From assembly GCA_035480055.1 (NCBI GenBank), contig DATIIB010000008.1:704-64703 (forward strand): a stretch of DNA of 64,000 nt, written 5' to 3'. A program made the translations under genes and the position numbers. The notes under the pieces were generated by a model, which was not told the origin of the DNA, ran no database searches, and saw only the letters and a program-made list of their open reading frames with translations. The stretch comes from Candidatus Saccharimonadales bacterium (lineage in GTDB: Bacteria; Patescibacteriota; Saccharimonadia; Saccharimonadales; DASZAF01). Below, in pieces: positions 59,900 through 64,000 of this stretch. The first letter of the stretch is position 1. Each line of letters starts with the position of its first letter.

Positions 59900-60451
59900 C
59901 TACCGCGCAACTTCCACGTGATACGCAACGTTCTGCCACTCAAGGCCATGCTCGTCGCGATACGATGGGCCGTCATTGATAAAGCCTGCCTTCAAGGGCA
60001 ATGCGGCCGCAGCTTCGTTCCAAACCAGGTGTCGTGAATAAATCTTGGGATTCTTTTGCGGATCGCTGCTTAACCAGCGCACCACCGCAGCAAAGGCGGC
60101 AGTTCCCGCACCCTGAGAGCGAGCCGAAGGATCACCAATCATCAAGTGAATAGCTGGTGCACCGAGGTGTTCGGTGGGTACCAGGTCGGTCCAAATAGCG
60201 CCGACTACTTTTTTGCGCAGTTCAATCATCCAAAAACACTGATCCTTGCGGCTGAGAAAATCTCGTACTCGCTCTTGTTCTTTAAGTAAGGTTGAAGGCT
60301 TGTTCTCGCTATCCGGAACGCCCATAAGATGCAGCGTTTGTCTCCCCTGCTCGCTTTCCAGCCACGCAGCACTCGCCGGTGCATCGCGTTCAACATCTGG
60401 CTTGATCAAGCGCACATCGGGGTTCTCGGTGGTCAGTTCGTGAACAAACAT
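59900..60451 (-). CDS. GNAT family N-acetyltransferase
   Basis: IGDPSARSQGAGTAAFAAVVRWL acetyl-CoA binding motif (R/Q-x-x-G-x-G/A). Confidence 0.75.
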   Translation of the reverse strand: MFVHELTTENPDVRLIKPDVERDAPASAAWLESEQGRQTLHLMGVPDSENKPSTLLKEQERVRDFLSRKDQCFWMIELRKKVVGAIWTDLVPTEHLGAPAIHLMIGDPSARSQGAGTAAFAAVVRWLSSDPQKNPKIYSRHLVWNEAAAALPLKAGFINDGPSYRDEHGLEWQNVAYHVEVAR

Positions 60452-60453
60452 AC

Positions 60454-60951
60454 TCAGCTTAGTATAGCAGTAATGGGTATCTCGTAGCGATTATCCCGGA
60501 CGATTTTTCCATCGGGATCACGTTCCGCAAGATTAACCCAAGCTGTTAGTGGTTCAGCGCAGTAGAGACGCTGCGTGGCATTATGCGTAAAATCTTCCAC
60601 CACCACGCTTTCACGAAGGATACGCTCGCGCGCTTTGTTAAATGCGGCAACCCCTTCGGCCAGGGCCTTATCGCTAACCACATGTGCGGCAACTTTAAGG
60701 TACAAACCACCACCTTTCTGGAGCGAATCGAACAAAACAATAAATCCTTGCCCTGTCCGCGCAATATTCTTAGAATGCTGCGACTCGGGGTTCGAAGCCC
60801 AATACATGCGAAGCTGCTCATCAAAGCCAGCAAAAACTGGCGAGTTATGCGGCGAGCCATCTTCGTTCACCGTAGCGAGAGCCGCATGGCGCACCGTTCG
60901 CAGCAGCTCTTTTGCCCGTTCAATTCGAGGCAGCAGTTCAGGATTAGGCAT
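60454..60951 (-). CDS. pyridoxamine 5'-phosphate oxidase family (FMN-binding split-barrel) protein
   Basis: LLRTVRHAALATVNEDGSPHNSPVF...; start set to MPNPELL (60951), 8-nt overlap with upstream gene. Confidence 0.7.
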   Translation of the reverse strand: MPNPELLPRIERAKELLRTVRHAALATVNEDGSPHNSPVFAGFDEQLRMYWASNPESQHSKNIARTGQGFIVLFDSLQKGGGLYLKVAAHVVSDKALAEGVAAFNKARERILRESVVVEDFTHNATQRLYCAEPLTAWVNLAERDPDGKIVRDNRYEIPITAILS

Positions 60952-62104
60952 GCTTCTTTGTATCCTTATCGTGTTGCGCCCCAATGGCATGAGCCACCGC
61001 AATGCTCACGCCGCCAAGTCCCCAAATTGTGCCTAACAGTCCAACCCAAAAGCCTACAAATGGAATGTGCAACAGAATTGCCAGCAGCAGAATGCCCAGC
61101 ACCAAGGCCGCAAGATCGCGACCTTTCTCGAGCCAATGAAGACGGGCAACAACACTGTCGCCAACTGCATACGCGGCGAAGGTCAAACTGGACAGTACCG
61201 CAAACAACCACAAGACAAAGAGCGCCACGCCAAAGGGAATGCCCACAATGGTGACTGCAATCAGCACCGCCACAATCGGAGTGGCAATCAGCGCCAGCAC
61301 TCCAAAGCCAATGCTTGAAAGCGGCTTGTCCTGCATTGAGGTAATAGTGCCCTTGAACCAGCGCGGTGTCACCCACAGAGCAAGCAGTCCCATCACCACC
61401 ATCACGGCAACCCAATAAAGTGAGCCTGGCAGCTGGCGTGACCAACTTGAGCGATGCGATTCTTTGTGTACAGGAATTTTATGTTCGGTGTGACCATGAA
61501 TGGTTGCACCTGGGACAATCTGGGCTTCGTTATCGCTAGTGTATGCCAAGTCGCCCCCAACTTTGGCAGTGTCGGTGAGAGTCGCCGTACTGCCAAACAA
61601 GTCCACATTACGAGCTACATCGGCACTCATCGTGGTCGCGTTGGCTGTGCTCACCACGTCTCGTCCCACCACGCCACCGAGTCGTACCGTCTGGCCACCT
61701 GCAGTCAGGTCTTTGCCAACGTGGGCAGTGTCCTCGAAGGAGACCGTTTGGCCTACCACACTTGCACTGCCATCTACGGTGCCCGTAATGGTAACGGTTT
61801 GGCCAGCCAGCCGAATGTTACCATGCACCTTTCCGCTCACCCGCACTTGTTGACCGGCACAAATGACGTCGCCGTCCACGGTGCCCGTGATGTCGACATT
61901 TTGGCCCGCACAAAAGACATCGCCCTTTACCGTGCCCGACACAGTAACCGTCTTTCCAGCTGCGTAGAGAGTGGAGTCTATCACCTGATCTTTGGCAACC
62001 GTCACCGAGCTACCGCCGTGAGCATTCAACGCGTGAGCACCCGTGGCCCCAAATAAGGTAATTGCTATCCCCATGCCCAGAATGGTCAGTAATCTCCGTC
62101 TCAT
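60944..62104 (-). CDS. membrane protein with extracytoplasmic bactofilin-like (polymer-forming beta-helix) repeats
   Basis: Signal peptide; iterated GTVxGDV/GQxVxxxG repeats (VSGTVKGDVFCAGQNVDITGTVDGDVICAGQQVRVSGKVHGNIRLAGQTVTITGTVDG...); C-terminal 4-5 TM segments. Confidence 0.6.
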   Translation of the reverse strand: MRRRLLTILGMGIAITLFGATGAHALNAHGGSSVTVAKDQVIDSTLYAAGKTVTVSGTVKGDVFCAGQNVDITGTVDGDVICAGQQVRVSGKVHGNIRLAGQTVTITGTVDGSASVVGQTVSFEDTAHVGKDLTAGGQTVRLGGVVGRDVVSTANATTMSADVARNVDLFGSTATLTDTAKVGGDLAYTSDNEAQIVPGATIHGHTEHKIPVHKESHRSSWSRQLPGSLYWVAVMVVMGLLALWVTPRWFKGTITSMQDKPLSSIGFGVLALIATPIVAVLIAVTIVGIPFGVALFVLWLFAVLSSLTFAAYAVGDSVVARLHWLEKGRDLAALVLGILLLAILLHIPFVGFWVGLLGTIWGLGGVSIAVAHAIGAQHDKDTKKHA

Positions 62105-62120
62105 GCGCTTCTCCTCCGTG

Positions 62121-62687
62121 TTATGCCTCTATTATAGCGCGAACCGCAGGGAAAAGCCGCTGCGCATATTCGGGCGGACGATACAGCAGAGTGGGATTGT
62201 TAGGATCTTGCGATCTTGCCAGCTTCTCAACCTCGTCAAGGTCAAGTTGGTACACTCGCGCGACCTCCTCTGGCTGAAGCGTAAGATCATCAATGGTCGC
62301 GTTGGTTTGTAATACATGGGCAGTTGCAAAGGAACGGTGCGGTGCTTGCTGAGGTACCACTCGCTTGACTACTTCCATCCCTATCTGCAGTATTGGTTGC
62401 AATTGGCCGGGTGATACCAGCAGTCCATACTCTTCCTTTACACCGCGGACCGCCGCATCCAGAGCTGTTTCGCCAGCTTGAACATGTTCAGCAACCACCA
62501 GATCATGAAGATTTTTGCCATCCGCCACACTCGCAGCGCGCACCTGCATCATGACTTTCTTTAAACTGTCGATCACCAAGACGTGTGAAGTGGCATGCCA
62601 CAAACCTCGCTCGTGCGCCTCTGCCCTACTCGCGGTTCGCCCAGTAGCGCGGCCATGCTCATCCAGTACATCGACTTGCTCAGCCAT
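62121..62687 (-). CDS. NUDIX hydrolase
   Basis: Partial Nudix box GETALDAAVRGVKEEYGL (E7, R15, E19-E20, G22 kept). Confidence 0.7.
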   Translation of the reverse strand: MAEQVDVLDEHGRATGRTASRAEAHERGLWHATSHVLVIDSLKKVMMQVRAASVADGKNLHDLVVAEHVQAGETALDAAVRGVKEEYGLLVSPGQLQPILQIGMEVVKRVVPQQAPHRSFATAHVLQTNATIDDLTLQPEEVARVYQLDLDEVEKLARSQDPNNPTLLYRPPEYAQRLFPAVRAIIEA

Positions 62688-62698
62688 GGCCTAAAGGG

Positions 62699-64000
62699 TT
62701 ACAGCTCGCCCCAATTAGTCCCAGTCGTCACCTCCACCGCCAGCTTGACCGGCAGTTTGTGAATATTTTCCATCGTTTCTTTGAGCAGTGTAGCTACCTT
62801 TTCGGCATTAGCTTTGGGGGTTTCCACCAAAATGCTGTCATGGATCTGGAGGATTTGCTCACCCAGACCGTCCAGCGCTTCTTCTACTCTCAGCATCGCC
62901 ATTTTCATCAGGTCAGCCTCTGTGCCTTGGATTGGCATATTGATCGCCGCGCGCTTGGCCGCTTCGCGAACAATAAAGTTGCTGCTCTTGAGGTCGGGCG
63001 TGGGACGACGGCGACCAAAAATGGTCTGCACATAGCCATCTTTTAACGCCTGCTCGATCGTCTGATCCATGTAACGACGAATCTGCGGCCGCAATGCAAA
63101 GTACGCGTCGATAAAAGCCTGCGCTTCGTCGCGGTTCATGCCCGTGGCGATCTGCAACCCGTGAGCGCTCATGCCATAGAGGATGCCGAAATTCACCACC
63201 TTGGCGTTGCGGCGCTGATCTTTGGTGACTGCTTCTAACGGCACGCCGTACACTTCGGCAGCGGTCACTGCGTGGACATCTTCACCTTTGTTAAAGGTTT
63301 CAACTAACTCTTTGTCATCCGCGATCGCCGCGGCCAGGCGAAGTTCAAACTGACTGTAGTCGGCGCTGACAAACACATTCCCTTCGGCTGGTACAAATGC
63401 CTCGCGAATCGCCTGCCCAACTTCGCTGCGCGTGGGAATGTTTTGCAAGTTTGGATTGATAGAGCTCAGCCGACCGGTGGCCGCAACGTCGAGAGTAAAA
63501 GTGGTGTGCAGCTTGCCTTCGGCATCGACTTGTTTGGGCAACGTGTCTACGTAGGTATTTTTGAGCTTGGTGTATTCGCGGTACACGGTGATCAGGTTGA
63601 TGATCGGGCTCAAGCCGCGCAGCTTATCAAGTTCGTTCACGCCTGTGGAGTAGCCGGTCTTACCTCTCTTAATGCCCTTCGTTGGCAGTCCCATTTTTTC
63701 AAACAGGATCGTCCCTAATTGCGATGGCGAACTGATATTAAACTCCTGGCCTGCCAGTTCGTAAATTTTTTGTTCAAATTCTGTAATGCGCTCCGCCAGT
63801 TGCTCGCTCATTGCCTGCAAATACGCTGAGTCGAGATGAATCCCGCGATGTTCAATAATGGCCAAGAGCTGGATGTTAGGGAATTCCACCTCGCGCGCCA
63901 GCTTGTACAGCTCCGGCAACTCTTTGAACTGTGCAAGCTGGTCTTGATACACCTGCCAGATTGCCGCAATGGTCTGGCCCGCGTTTTCCATATCAACTGG
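62699..64000 (-). CDS. polA: DNA polymerase I, C-terminal polymerase domain; gene continues beyond window end
   Basis: DYSQFELRLAA (motif A), QRRNAKVVNFGILYG (motif B), QIHDSILVE (motif C); frame open through 64000. Confidence 0.9.
   Translation of the reverse strand, partial: PVDMENAGQTIAAIWQVYQDQLAQFKELPELYKLAREVEFPNIQLLAIIEHRGIHLDSAYLQAMSEQLAERITEFEQKIYELAGQEFNISSPSQLGTILFEKMGLPTKGIKRGKTGYSTGVNELDKLRGLSPIINLITVYREYTKLKNTYVDTLPKQVDAEGKLHTTFTLDVAATGRLSSINPNLQNIPTRSEVGQAIREAFVPAEGNVFVSADYSQFELRLAAAIADDKELVETFNKGEDVHAVTAAEVYGVPLEAVTKDQRRNAKVVNFGILYGMSAHGLQIATGMNRDEAQAFIDAYFALRPQIRRYMDQTIEQALKDGYVQTIFGRRRPTPDLKSSNFIVREAAKRAAINMPIQGTEADLMKMAMLRVEEALDGLGEQILQIHDSILVETPKANAEKVATLLKETMENIHKLPVKLAVEVTTGTNWGEL

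Overview
Calls rest on reading the supplied ORF translations and the raw sequence, using motifs from memory. No database, HMM or folding search was run.

The window is a gene-dense bacterial chromosome segment, coded mostly on the minus strand, with many 4-nt ATGA start/stop overlaps. A monoderm-type envelope (MurT/GatD, no secretin), a compact layout and host-interaction genes suggest a small-genome Patescibacteria/Saccharibacteria-like organism. That is inference only.

**Contents**
- Envelope: murT-gatD, a processive GT2 synthase, a GH18-like hydrolase and a PrsA-like PPIase.
- Translation and RNA: thrS, miaA, efp, rpsF-ssb-rpsR, rpsO-pnp, truB, rpsT, RNase J, tlyA, ychF.
- DNA: ftsK, holA, mutM, a family-4 UDG, dut, an ATL-like protein, xerC/D-type recombinase, nrdR, and polA running off the 3' end.
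- Five tRNAs, all with encoded CCA: Val-GAC, Gly-CCC, Thr-CGT, Asp-GTC, Arg-CCT.
- An 11-kb secretin-less type IV pilus locus: pilM-N-O, pilB, pilT, pilC, pilA, pilD, three minor pilins and a PilX-like gene.

**Most interesting observations**
1. A tRNA-Arg-flanked ~3.3-kb block holds a divergent pair. One gene is an acidic 83-aa peptide ending FNSFI-COOH (the FxSxx-COOH pattern). The other is a Cx3Cx2C radical-SAM enzyme with a cysteine-poor SPASM-like tail. This is a minimal FxsA/FxsB-type (triceptide/cyclophane) RiPP locus, sitting next to two translationally coupled ORFs of unknown function.
2. Directly upstream of pilM, a two-gene module is duplicated in tandem. Each copy is a single-pass membrane protein ATGA-coupled to a 700-800-aa secreted protein. 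The large proteins have divergent N-termini but share a ~300-aa C-terminal domain ending in the identical IQDTKELPPIY-COOH.
3. A ~280-nt convergent intergenic region between rpsT and holA has several perfect 10-12-bp long-range complementarities and is a candidate structured RNA.
4. An orphan promoter/36-codon ORF/terminator unit sits upstream of nrdR.
5. Several housekeeping proteins carry long low-complexity tails: RNase J, a DHH-like pseudoenzyme and S20.

No CRISPR array, rRNA or clear mobile element was seen.
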